A stretch of DNA of 64,000 nucleotides from Squalus acanthias. Lineage: Eukaryota. The position numbers and the translations under genes are program-made. Positions 52,780 through 64,000 of the stretch are shown piece by piece. The notes below the pieces were generated by a model that was not told where the DNA came from, made no database searches, and saw nothing but the letters and a program-made list of their open reading frames with translations. Location of the stretch: positions 146,012,001 to 146,076,000 of the forward strand of contig CM059431.1 of the NCBI GenBank assembly GCA_030390025.1. Reading direction: 5' to 3'. Positions within the stretch are counted from its first letter, which is position 1; each line of letters opens with the position of its first letter.

Positions 52780-52785
52780 ATTAAA
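52780..52785 (+). terminator. Probable polyadenylation signal ATTAAA of the ALDH3B gene
   Basis: Lies 135 nt after the stop and is followed by the GT-rich gtgggtttgtgttcgttg. Confidence 0.6.
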
Positions 52786-52865
52786 CGGCTTGAATTGGAC
52801 CCTTGCGGATGTGGGTTTGTGTTCGTTGACTGAAGTTGTTGTGCGAGAATTGGGAGCAGCAGGAG

Positions 52866-55800
52866 GCCCCCCTCGGACCCCACTCCAGCCCCACTCCGCC
52901 TCTCGGCCCCCCTCGAGCCTGGCTCCGTCACTCGGCCCCCCTCGAGCCTGACTCCTCCACTCGGCCCCCCTCGAGCCCCGCTCCGCCACTCGGCCCCCCT
53001 CGAGCCTGACTCCACCACTCGGCCCCCCTCGAGCCTGGCTCCGTCACTCGGCCCCCCTCGAGCCTGGCTCCGTCACTCGGCCCCCCTCGAGCCTGACTCC
53101 TCCACTCGGCCCCCCTCGAGCCCCGCTCCGCCACTCGGCCCCCCTCGAGCCTGACTCCTCCACTCGGCCCCCCTCGAGCCCGCTCCACCCCTCGGCCCCC
53201 CTCGAGCCTGGCTCCGCCCCTCGGCCCCGGCTCCGCCCCTCGGCCCCCCTCGAGCCTGGCTCCGCCCCTCGGCCCCGGCTCCGCCCCTCGGCCCCCTTCG
53301 AGCCCTCTCCGCCCCTCGGCCCCCCTCGAGCCCGCTCCGCCTGTCAGCCCCCCTCGAGCCTGGCTCCGTCACTCGGACCCACTCGAGCCCCACTCCGTCA
53401 CTCGGCCCCCCTCGAGCCTGGCTCCGTCACTCGGCCCCCCTCGAGCCTGGCTCCGTCACTCGGCCCCACTCGAGCCCCACTCCGCCTCTCGGCCCCCCTC
53501 GAGCCTGGCTCCGTCACTCGGCCCCACTCGAGCCTGGCTCCGCCACTCGGCCCCCCTCGAGCCTGACTCCGCCACTCGGCCCCTCTCGAGCCAGGCTCCG
53601 TCACTCGGCCCCACTCGAGCCAGGCTCCGCCACTCGGCCCCCCTCGAGCCTGGCTCCGTCACTCGGCCCCCCTCGAGCCTGGCTCCGTCACTCGGCCCCC
53701 CTCGAGCCCGCTCCGCCCCTCGGCCCCCCTCGAGCCTGGCTCCGTCACTCGGCCCCCCTCGAGCCCGCTCCGTCACTCGGCCCCCCTCGAGCCCGCTCCG
53801 CCCCTCGGCCCCCCTCGAGCCCCGCTCCGCCCCTCGGCCCCCCTCGAGCCCGCTCCGCCCCTCGGCCCCCCTCGAGCCTGGCTCTGTCACTCGGCCCCCC
53901 TCGAGCCCGCTCCGCCCCTCGGCCCCCCTCGAGCCCCGCTCCGTCACTCGGCCCCCCTCGAGCCCCGCTCTGTCACTCGGCACCCCTCGAGCCCCGCTCC
54001 GTCACTCGGCCCCCCTCGAGCCCCGCTCCGCCACTGGGCCCCCCTCGAGCCCGCTCCGCCCCTCGGCCCCCCTCGAGCCCCGCTCCGCCCCTCGGCCCCC
54101 CTCGAGCCCGCTCCGCCCCTCGGCCCCCCTCGAGCCTGGCTCTGTCACTCGGCCCCCCTCGAGCCCGCTCCGCCCCTCGGCCCCCCTCGAGCCCCGCTCC
54201 GTCACTCGGCCCCCCTCGAGCCCCGCTCTGTCACTCGGCACCCCTCGAGCCCCGCTCCGTCACTCGGCCCCCCTCGAGCCCCGCTCCGCCACTGGGCCCC
54301 CCTCGAGCCCGCTCCGCCCCTCGGCCCCCCTCGAGCCTGGCTCCGCCTCTCGGCCCCCCTCGAACCTGGCTCCACCTCTCGGTCCCCCGCGAGCCCCGCT
54401 CCGCCACTGGGCCCCCCTTGAGCCCCGCTCCGCCCCTCGGCCCCTCTCGAGCCCGCTCCGCCCTCGGCCCCCCTCGAGCCCCGCTCCGTCACTCGGCCCC
54501 CCTCGAGCCCGCTCCGCCCCTCGGCCCCCCTCGAGCCCCGCTCCGCCACTGGGCCCCCCTCGAGCCCCGCTCCGTCACTCGGCCCCCCTCGAGCCCGCTC
54601 CGGCCCTCGGCCCCCTCGAGCCTGGCTCCGCCCCTCGGCCCCCCTCGAGCCCGCTCCGCCCCTGGCCCCCCTCGAGCTCGCTCCGCCTGTCGGCCCCCCT
54701 CGAGCCTGGCTCCGCCACTCGGCCCCCCTCGAGCCCCGATCCGCCACTCGGCACCCCTCGAGCCCCGCTCCGCCCCTCGGCCCCCTCGAGCCCGCTCCGC
54801 CCCTCGGCCCCCCTCGAGCCTGGCTCCGCCCCTCGGCCCCCCTCGAGCCACGCTCCGTCACTCGGCCCCCCTCGAGCCCCGCTCCGTCACTCGGCCCCCC
54901 TCGAGCCCCGCTCCGTCACTCGGCCCCCCTCGAGCCCGCTCCGCCCCTCGGCCCCCCTCGAGCCAGGCTCCGTCACTCGGCTCCCCTCGAGCCCCGCTCC
55001 GTCACTCGGCCCCCCTCGAGCCCCGCTCCGTCACTCGGCCCCCCTCGAGCCCGCTCCGCCCCTCGGCCCCCCTCGAGCCTGGCTCCGTCACTCGGACCCC
55101 CTTGAGCCCCGCTCCGCCACTCGGCCCCCCTCGAGCCTGGCTCCGTCACTCGGCCCCCCTCAAGCCCTGCTCCGTCACTCGGACCCCCTCGAGCCCGCTC
55201 CGCCCCTCGGCCCCCCTCGAGCCTGGCTCCGTCACTCGGCCCCCCTTGAGCCTGGCTCCGTCACTCGGCCCCCCTCGAGCCCCGCTCCTTCACTCGGCCC
55301 CCCTCGAGCCCCGCTCCGCCACTCGGCCCCCCTCGAGCCCCGCTCCGCCACTCGGCCCCCCTCGAGCCCGCTCCGCCACTCGGCCCCCCTCGATCCTGGC
55401 TCCGCCCCTCGGCCCCCCTCGAGCCTGGCTCCGCCCCTCGGCCCCCCTCGAGCCTGGCTCCGCCCCTCGGCGCCCCTCGAGCCCGCTCCGACCCTCGGCC
55501 CCCCTCGAGCCCGCTCCGCCTGTCGGCCCCCCTCGAGCCTGGCTCCGCCTCTCGGCCCCCCTTGAGCCCGCTCCGCCACTGGGCCCCCCTCGAGCCCGCT
55601 CCGCCTCTCGGCCCCCCTCGAGCCTGGCTCCGCCTCTCGGCCCCCCTCGAGCCTGGCACCGCCTCTCGGCCCCCCTCGAGCCTGGCTCCGTCACTCGGCC
55701 CCCCTCGAGCCTGGCTCCGCCTCTCGGCCCCCCTCGAGCCTGGCTCCGCCTCTCGGCCCCCCTCGAGCCTGGCTCCGCCTCTCGGCCCCCCTCGAGCCCG

Positions 55801-58800
55801 CTCCGCCTCTCGGCCCCCCTCGAGCCTGGCTCCGTCTCTCGGCCCCCCTCGAGCCTGGCTCCGTCACTCGGCCCCCCTCGAGCCTGGCTCCGCCTCTCGT
55901 CCCCCTCGAGCGTGGCTCCGCCTCTCGGCCCCCCTCGAGCTGGCTCCGCCTGTCGGCCCCACTCGAGCCCGCTCCGCCTCTCGGCCCCCCTCGAGCCTGG
56001 CTCCGTCTCTCGGCTCCCCCTCGAGCCTGGCTCCGCCTCTCGGTCCCCCTCGAGCCCGCTCCGCCACTGGGCCCCCCTCGAGCCCCGCTCCGCCACTCGG
56101 CCCCCCTCGAGCCCCGCTCCGCCACTCGGCCCCCCTCGAGCCTGGCTCCGTCTCTCGGCTCCCCTCGAGCCCGGCTCCGCCACTCGGCCCCCCTCGAGCT
56201 CGCTCCGCCTGTCGGCCCCCCTCGAGCCTGGCTCCGCCACTCGGCCCCCCTCGAGCCCCGCTCCGCCACTCGGCCCCCCTCGAGCCCCGCTCCGCCCCTC
56301 GGCCCCCCTCGAGCCCGCTCCGCCCCTCGGCCCCCCTCGAGCCTGGCTCCGCCCCTCGGCCCCCCTCGAGCCACGCTCCGTCACTCGGCCCCCCTCGAGC
56401 CCCGCTCCGTCACTCGGCCCCCCTCGAGCCCCGCTCCGTCACTCGGCCCCCCTCAAGCCCGCTCCGCCCCTCGGCCCCCCTCGAGCCAGGCTCCGTCACT
56501 CGGCTCCCCTCGAGCCCCGCTCCGTCACTCGGCCCCCCTCGAGCCCCGCTCCGTCACTCGGCCCCCCTCGAGCCCGCTCCGCCCCTCGGCCCCCCTCGAG
56601 CCTGGCTCCGTCACTCGGACCCCCTTGAGCCCCGCTCCGCCACTCGGCCCCCATCGAGCCTGGCTCCGTCACTCGGCCCCCCTCAAGCCCTGCTCCGTCA
56701 CTCGGACCCCCTCGAGCCCGCTCCGCCCCTCGGCCCCCCTCGAGCCTGGCTCCGTCACTCGGCCCCTCTTGAGCCTGGCTCCGTCACTCGGCCCCCCTCG
56801 AGCCCCGCTCCTTCACTCGGCCCCCCTCGAGCCCCGCTCCGCCACTCGGCCCCCATCGAGCCCCGCTCCGCCACTCGGCCCCCCTCGAGCCCGCTCCGCC
56901 ACTCGGCCCCCCTCGATCCTGGCTCCGCCCTCGGCCCCCCTCGAGCCTGGCTCCGCCCCTCGGCCCCCCTCGAGCCTGGCTCCGCCCCTCGGCGCCGCTC
57001 GAGCCCGCTCCGACCCTCGGCCCCCCTCGAGCCCGCTACGCCTGTCGGCCCCCCTCGAGCCTGGCTCCGCCTCTCGGCCCCCCTTGAGCCAGCTCCGCCA
57101 CTGGGCCCCCCTCGAGCCCGCTCCGCCTCTCGGCCCCCCTCGAGCCTGACTCCGCCTCTCGGCCCCCCTCGAGCCTGGCCCCGCCACTCGGCCCCCTCGA
57201 GCCTGGCTCCGTCACTCGGCCTCCCACGAGCCTGGCTCCGCCTCTCGGCCCCCTCGAGCCTGGCTCCGCCTCTCGGCCCCCCTCGAGCCTGGCTCCGCCT
57301 CTCGGCCCCCCTCGAGCCCGCTCCGCCTCTCGGCCCCCCTCGAGCCTGGCTCCGTCTCTCGGCCCCCCTCGAGCCTGGCTCCGTCACTCGGCCCCCCTCG
57401 AGCCTGGCTCCGCCTCTCGTCCCCCTCGAGCGTGGCTCCGCCTCTCGGCCCCCCTCGAGATGGCTCCGCCTGTCGGCCCCCCTCGAGCCCGCTCCGCCTC
57501 TCGGCCCCCCCTCGAGCCTGGCTCCGTCTCTCGGCTCCCCTCGAGCCTGGCTCCGCCTCTCGGTCCCCCTCGAGCCCGCTCCGCCACTGGGCCCCCCTCG
57601 AGCCCCGCTCCGCCACTCGGCCCCCCTCGAGCCCCGCTCCACCACTCGGCCCCCCCTCGAGCCTGGCTCCGTCTCTCGGCTCCCCTCGAGCCCGGCTCCG
57701 CCACTCGGCCCCCCTCGAGCCCCGCTCCGCCACTCGGCCCCCCTCGAGCCCCGCTCCGCCACTCGGCCCCCCTCGAGCCCCGCTCCGCCACTCGGCCCCC
57801 CTCGAGCCCGGCTCCGCCACTCGGCCCCCCTCGAGCCCCACTCCGCCACTCGGCCCCCCTCGAGCCCGCTCCGCTCCTCGGCCCCCCTGGATCCTGGCTC
57901 CGCCCCTCGGCCCCCCTCGAGCCTGGCTCCGACCCTCGGCCCCCCTCGAGCCTGGCTCCGCCCCTCGGCCCCCCCTCGAGCCCGCTCCGACCCTCGGCCC
58001 CCCCTCGAGCCCGCTCCGCCCTGTCGGCCCCCCTCGAGCCTGACTCCGCCTCTCGGCCCCCCTGGAGCCCGCTCCGCCACTCGGCCCCCCTCGAGCCCCG
58101 CTCCACCACTCGGCCCCCCTCGAGCCTGGCTCCGTCTCTCGGCTCCCCCTCGAGCCCGCTCCGCCACTCGGCCCCCCTCGAGCTCGCTCCGCCTGTCGGC
58201 CCCCCTCGAGCCTGGCTCCGCCACTCGGCCCCCCTCGAGCCCGATCCGCCACTCGGCCCCCTCGAGCCCCGCTCCGCCCCTCGGCCCCCCTCGAGCCCGC
58301 TCCGCCCCTCGGCCCCCCTCGAGCCTGGCTCCGCCCCTCGGCCCCCCTCGAGCCACGCTCCGTCACTCGGCCCCCCTCGAGCCCCGCTCCGTCACTCGGC
58401 CCCCCTCGAGCCCCGCTCCGTCACTCGGCCCCCCTCGAGCCCGCTCCGCCCCTCGGCCCCCCTCGAGCCAGGCTCCGTCACTCGGCTCCCCTCGAGCCCC
58501 GCTCCGTCACTCGGCCCCCCTCGAGCCCCGCTCCGTCACTCGGCCCCCCTCGAGCCCGCTCCGCCCCTCGGCCCCCCTCGAGCCTGGCTCCGTCACTCGG
58601 CCCCCCTCGAGCCCCGCTCCGCCACTCGGCCCCCATCGAGCCTGGCTCCGTCACTCGGCCCCCCTCGAGCCCTGCTCCGTCACTCGGCCCCCCTCGAGCC
58701 CGCTCCGCCCCTCGGCCCCCCTCGAGCCTGGCTCCGTCACTCGGCCCCCTCTGAGCCGGCTCCGTCACTCGGCCCCCCTCGAGCCCCGCTCCTTCACTCG

Positions 58801-61440
58801 GCCCCCCTCGAGCCCCGCTCCGCCACTCGGCCCCCCTCGAGCCCCGCTCCGCCACTCGGCCCCCCTCGAGCCCGCTCCGCCACTCGGCCCCCCCTCGATC
58901 CTGGCTCCGCCCCTCGGCCCCCCTCGAGCCTGGCTCCGCCCCTCGGCCCCCCTCGAGCCTGGCTCCGCCCCTCGGCGCCCCTCGAGCCCGCTCCGACCCT
59001 CGGCCCCCCTCGAGCCCGCTACGCCTGTCGGCCCCCCTCGAGCCTGGCTCCGCCTCTCGGCCCCCCTTGAGCCCGCTCCGCCACTGGGCCCCCCTCGAGC
59101 CCGCTCCGCCTCTCGGCCCCCCTCGAGCCTGGCTCCGCCTCTCGGCCCCCCTCGAGCCTGGCACCGCCTCTCGGCCCCCCTCGAGCCTGGCTCCGTCACT
59201 CGGCCTCCCTCGAGCCTGGCTCCGCCTCTCGGCCCCCCTCGAGCCTGGCTCCGCCTCTCGGCCCCCCTCGAGCCTGGCTCCGCCTCTCGGCCCCCCTCGA
59301 GCCCGCTCCGCCTCTCGGCCCCCCTCGAGCCTGGCTCCGTCTCTCGGCCCCCCTCGAGCCTGGCTCCGTCACTCGGCCCCCCTCGAGCCTGGCTCCGCCT
59401 CTCGTCCCCCTCGAGCGTGGCTCCGCCTCTCGGCCCCCCTCGAGATGGCTCCGCCTGTCGGCCCCCCTCGAGCCCGCTCCGCCTCTCGGCCCCCCTCGAG
59501 CCTGGCTCCGTCTCTCGGCTCCCCTCGAGCCTGGCTCCGCCTCTCGGTCCCCCTCGAGCCCGCTCCGCCACTGGGCCCCCCTCGAGCCCCGCTCCGCCAC
59601 TCGGCCCCCCTCGAGCCCCGCTCCGCCACTCGGCCCCCCTCGAGCCCGGCTCCGTCTCTCGGCTCCCCTCGAGCCCGGCTCCGCCACTCGGCCCCCCTCG
59701 AGCCCCGCTCCGCCACTCGGCCCCCCTCGAGCCCGCTCCGCCACTCGGCCCCCCTCGAGCCCCGCTCCGCCACTCGGCCCCCCTCGAGCCCGGCTCCGCC
59801 ACTCGGCCCCCCTCGAGCCCCGCTCCGCCACTCGGCCCCCCTCGAGCCCGCTCCGCTCCTCGGCCCCCCTGGATCCTGGCTCCGCCCCTCGGCCCCCCTC
59901 GAGCCTGGCTCCACCCCTCGGCCCCCCTCGAGCCTGGCTCCGCCCCTCGGCCCCCCTCGAGCCCGCTCCGACCCTCGGCCCCCCTCGAGCCCGCTCCGCC
60001 TGTCGGCCCCCCTCGAGCCTGGCTCCGCCTCTCGGCCCCCCTGGAGCCCGCTCCGCCACTGGGCCCCCCTCGAGCCCCACTCCGCCACTCGGCCCCCCTC
60101 GAGCCTGGCTCCGTCTCTCGGCTCCCCTCGAGCCCGGCTCCGCCACTCGGCCCCCCTCGAGCCCCGCTCCGCCACTCGCCCCCCCTCGAGCCCCGCTCCG
60201 CCACTCGGCCCCCCTCGAGCCCGCCTCCGCCACTCGGCCCCCCTCGAGCCCCGCTCCGCCACTCGGCCCCCCTCGAGCCCGGCTCCGCCACTCGGCCCCC
60301 TCGAGCCCCGCTCCGCCACTCGGCCCCCTTCGAGCCCGCTCCGCCCATCGGCCCCCCTCGATCCTGGCTCTGCCCCTCGGCCCCCCTGGAGCCTGGCTCC
60401 GCCCCTCGGCCCCCCTGAGCCTGGCTCCGCCCCTAGGCCCCCCTCGAGCCTGGCTCCGCCGCTCGGCCCCCCTCGAGCCCGCTCCGACCCTCGGCCCCCC
60501 TCGAGCCCGCTCCGCCTGTCGGTCCCCCTCAAGCCTGGCTCCGCCTCTCGGCCCCCCTCGAACCCGCTCCGCCACTGGGCCCCCCTCGAGCCCGCTCCGC
60601 CTCTCGGCCCCCCTCGAGCCTGGCTCCGCCTCTCGGCCCCCCTCGAGCCTGGCTCCGCCTCTCGGCCCCCCTCGAGCCTGGCTCCGCCTCTCGGCCCCCC
60701 TCGAGCCCGCTCCGCCTCTTGGCCCCCCTCGAGCCTGCCTCCGTCTCTCGGCCCCCCTCGAGCCTGGCTCCGTCACTCGGCCCCCCTCGAGCCTGGCTCC
60801 GTCACTCGGCCCCCCTCGAGCCCCGCTCCGCCACTCGGCCCCCCTCGAGCCTGGCTCCGCCTCTCGGCCCCCCTCGAGCCTGGCTCCGCCTCTCGGCCCC
60901 CCTCGAGCCTGGCTCCGCCACTCGGCCCCCCTCGAGCCTGGCTCCGCCCCTCGGCCCCCCTCGAGCCCCGCTCCGCTTCTCGGCCCCCCTCGAGCCCGGC
61001 TCCGCCACTCGGCCCCCCTCGAGCCCGCTCCGCCCCTCGGCCCCCATCGATCCTGGCTCCGCCCCTCGGCCCCCCTTGAGCCTGGCTCCGCCCCTCAGCC
61101 CCCCTCGAGCCTGGCTCCGTCACTCGGCCCCCCTCGATCCCCGCTCCGCCACTCGGCCCCCCTCGAGCTCGCTCCGCCTGTCGGCCCCCCTCGAGCCCGG
61201 CTCCGCCACTCGGCCCCCCTCGAGCCTGGCTCCGCCCCTCGGCCCCCCTCGAGCCCCGCTCCGCCCCTCGGCCCCCCTCGAGCCCCGCTCCGCCACTGGC
61301 CCCCCTCGAGCCCGCTCCGCCCCTCGGCCCCCCTCGAGCCTGGCTCCGCCCCTCGGCCCCCCTCGAGCCTGGCTCCGCCCCTCGGCCCCCCTCGAGCCTG
61401 GCTCCGCCACTCGGCCCCCCTCGAGCCCCGCTCCGCCACT
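52866..61440. repeat. ~28-30-bp GC-rich minisatellite (ctcggcccccctcgagcctggctccgcca), ~8.5 kb
   Basis: Tandem units with higher-order blocks. The variant gagccacgc recurs at 54845, 56368 and 58350. Confidence 0.97.
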
Positions 61441-61872
61441 CTAGGGTAGAGAATTCCAAAGATTCACTGCCCTCTGTGTGAAGAAATTTCGTCTCATCTC
61501 AGTCCTGAATGGCCTACCCTTTATCCTGAGGCTGTGGCCCCTGGTTCTAGACTCCCCAGCAGAGGGAAACATTCTCCCAGCATCCACCCTATCAAGCCCT
61601 GTGATAATTTTGTATGCTTGAATGAGATCCCCTCTCATTCTTCTGAATTCAAGAGAGTACAGGCCTAGTTTACTCAATCTCTTCTCATACGACAGTCCCG
61701 CCATCCCAGGAATCAATCTCGTGAACCTTCGTTGCACTCCCTCTATGGCAAGTATATCCTTCCTTAGGTAAGGAGACCAAAATTGTACACAGTACTCCAG
61801 GCGTGGTCTCACCAAGGCCCTGTATAATTGGATTAAGACTTCTTTACTCCTGTACTCAAATCCTCTTGTAAT
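61441..61872 (-). mobile_element. CR1 fragment, same family as 25742-27764
   Basis: Near-identical to 25942-26372; encodes VRPRLEYCVQFWSPYLRKD... Confidence 0.92.
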
Positions 61873-62025
61873 CTATCTCAGCCTTGAATGTACTCAACGA
61901 CTCAGCATCCACAGCCCTCTGGGGTAGAGAATTCCAAAGATTCACAACCCTCAGAGTGAAGAAATTCCTTCTCCTCTCAGTCTTAAGTGGCCGACCGCTT
62001 ATCCTGAGACTGTGCCCCCTAGTTA
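61873..62025 (-). mobile_element. Short CR1 fragment (near the ORF2 end)
   Basis: Similar to 25890-26050. Confidence 0.75.
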
Positions 62026-62571
62026 GAATCATAGAATGGTTACAGCACAGAAGGAGGCCATTCGGCCCGTCAAGCCCATGCCGGCTCTCTGCAAGAGCAC
62101 TTCGGCTAGTCCCACTCCCCCGCCCTTTCCCCGTAGCCCTGCAATTTGTTTTCCTTCAGGTACTTATCCAATTCCTTTTTGAAAGCCACGATTGAGTCTG
62201 CCTCCACCACCCTCTCAGGCAGTGAATTCCAGATCCTAACCACTCGCTGCGTAAAAAATGCTTTCCTCATGTCGCCTTTGGTTCTTCTGCCAATCACCTT
62301 AAATCTGTGTCCTCTGGTTCTCGACCCTTCCGCCAATGGGGACAGTTTGTCTCTATCTATTCTGTCCAGGCCCCTCATGATTTTGAACACCTCTATCAAA
62401 TCTCCTCTCAATCTTCTCTGCTCCAAGGAGAACAACCCCAACTTCTCCAGTCTATCCGCATAACTGAAGACCCTCATCCCTGGAACCATTCTCGTAAACC
62501 TTTCCTGCACCCTCTCTAAGGCCTTCACATCCTTCCTAAAGTGCGGTGCCCAGAATTGGACACAATACTCC
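62026..62571 (-). mobile_element. 5'-truncated CR1, related to the 22004-22678 copy
   Basis: ORF 62106-62528 reads LERVQERFTRMVPG...RRLRGDLIEVFK...WNSLP. The agaatcatagaat terminus is the reverse complement of an ATTCTATG-type CR1 tail. Confidence 0.92.
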
Positions 62572-63128
62572 TGGGGGGGGCTAAATTCGGTTGATTTGCA
62601 CCTCCCGTTAGCGTCCTAAGAGGGCGGTAATGGGGCGTTATTCCACTAGCGCCTGGGCGCGGCGCCGCTAACGCCTCCCACGAAATTCAGCGGGAGGTTA
62701 GCAGCGGCGCTAATCGTTAGCGCCGCACAGCGCTGCACCGTCAGCGATGATGTCATCGCCGTGTGCAGCGCACCGCTCGCGCCCCAGCTGTAATATTGGG
62801 TGGCGCCCCCCGACATACCGCCGGACGCTATATCCGCTGGGAGCAGGGGGGGGGCCTTTCTGCGGCCGGGGCGGCGCTAGTGAAAGGGGAGGTGGCGGGC
62901 GGCCATTTTTGTTGCTGGCCGCCTTCCAGCACCTGCCCCCGTTGCCGTCCCCGGCCCCTGTGAAGCCCCCCGTGGGGTGCCGGCTGCTCTTCGTGAGCCC
63001 GGCACTCCTCTTAAGGGGAGGAAGGCCTGCAGTACTGCGGGGCGATGTGCCGCAGCGGGTACATAGCGCTGCGATATTGGCTCGCAGCGCCCCAGGAGGG
63101 ACGCGGGGCGCTTCCAGTAGTGCCCCAG
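62572..63128. mobile_element. GC-rich, palindrome-rich interspersed element, possibly one end of a non-autonomous DNA transposon
   Basis: Abrupt start gggggggctaaattcgg, with repeated inverted motifs gttagcg/cgctaa. No partner TIR was found in the window. Confidence 0.35.
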
Positions 63129-64000
63129 TGTAGGGTTCTCAAAATTCCCACATTCCCCAGGGTTACTAATAAGGGGTACCCTCGACAAAGTAGCTTCTAG
63201 ACCTCGTGGCAGAAGCCTGCGACATTGAACAGAAACCAGGGCCCTGCAAAAACAGCAGACCCGGTGACATGCAGACCTCAGTACAGGCTGCCAAAGGAGG
63301 CGGGGCTGGCCGCTACAGACAATGTTGTGTATTACATTTGGTCGACCTGTCTCCAGCCCCATCAAACTGTTTAGCATTTATACAAAGAAGTAAAGGCAAC
63401 ACAAATGAACAACCATCAGACCAGCAATCGTCCTCCACTGAACAAATATTTAATATCGTTAAAGGCCATCTCCTGCCATTAAAGTTAACTACCTTAACAA
63501 GCCCACCAGAATTAAACAAAGCACTGGGAAGATTTGGCGGGCAAATAAGGAACAATCCAGGAGTATAACTTTAGTCCTGTGCTGGAACAAGCCGGAGTTC
63601 TACAGAGACGAGACTGACAGTTTTGCAGGCTAGCAGTTTAAAACAAGCTGTTCAAGGCACACAGACAGACCACAAGCAGGACAGCTGAAGCACAGGAGTT
63701 CTCCAGTACACAGTTCAACAGAAAACAAGACCGTTCAACAAAGAAGGCCAGCGGCTCCAGAAACAGACCGACACGCAAGAAACCAGAGCAACGGTTCCAG
63801 TGACCATCAAACACCTCGAGGCACAAGGGCCTCATGAAACTTTTTACTTAAAACGACTTTAAACCATATCTGAACTGTCAAAGGATTCGTTTGGTGAGCA
63901 TTATCCCTGGTCCTCGAGAGTCTAACTTAGCTAGTAAAGTGAGGTTGGGAGGGGTGAGGTATTGTTCTACTGTCATTTCCCTTGTTTGTCCCGAAGTTAA
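63129..64000 (-). mobile_element. Possible LTR on the minus strand, running out of the window
   Basis: Abrupt composition change at TGTAGGGTTC, which resembles the reverse complement of the other two LTR 3' ends (tgtaagggattc, tgtaaggggttt). Non-coding. Confidence 0.3.

Noticed and set aside
54418..61459. Pro/Arg-rich ORFs up to 1618 aa
   Set aside because: A stop-poor GC-rich minisatellite that is open in most frames on both strands.

Overview
Vertebrate genomic DNA, very probably from a cartilaginous fish (shark or ray), inferred from the CR1 and SINE repertoire. Bases 1-7166 are the 3' half of an apparently intact endogenous retrovirus-like provirus on the + strand. It has an open pol (His-containing RNase H, then an HHCC/D,D(35)E/GPY integrase with a ~270-aa extra tail), an intact 783-aa env and a ~1.6-kb 3' LTR. 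The Env is not of the gamma/beta-retroviral type. It looks like an F-type class I fusion protein, as in lokiretroviruses, with an immunoglobulin-like domain fused in front, and its tail ends in YxxV and PDZ-binding (ESTV) motifs. Next come a solo LTR of another family and ~8.7 kb of AG microsatellite. A complete 9-coding-exon ALDH3B-type aldehyde dehydrogenase gene follows (22744-52644, 470 aa, CaaX end). Its introns and flanks are packed with minisatellites, nested CR1-group LINEs, a pogo/Tigger-like MITE and SINE fragments. Two large minisatellite arrays (7.5 and 8.5 kb) appear to derive from the same CR1 3'-end motif. Most long ORFs in the supplied track are translations of tandem repeats. 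Family assignments come from motifs and recall; no searches were run.
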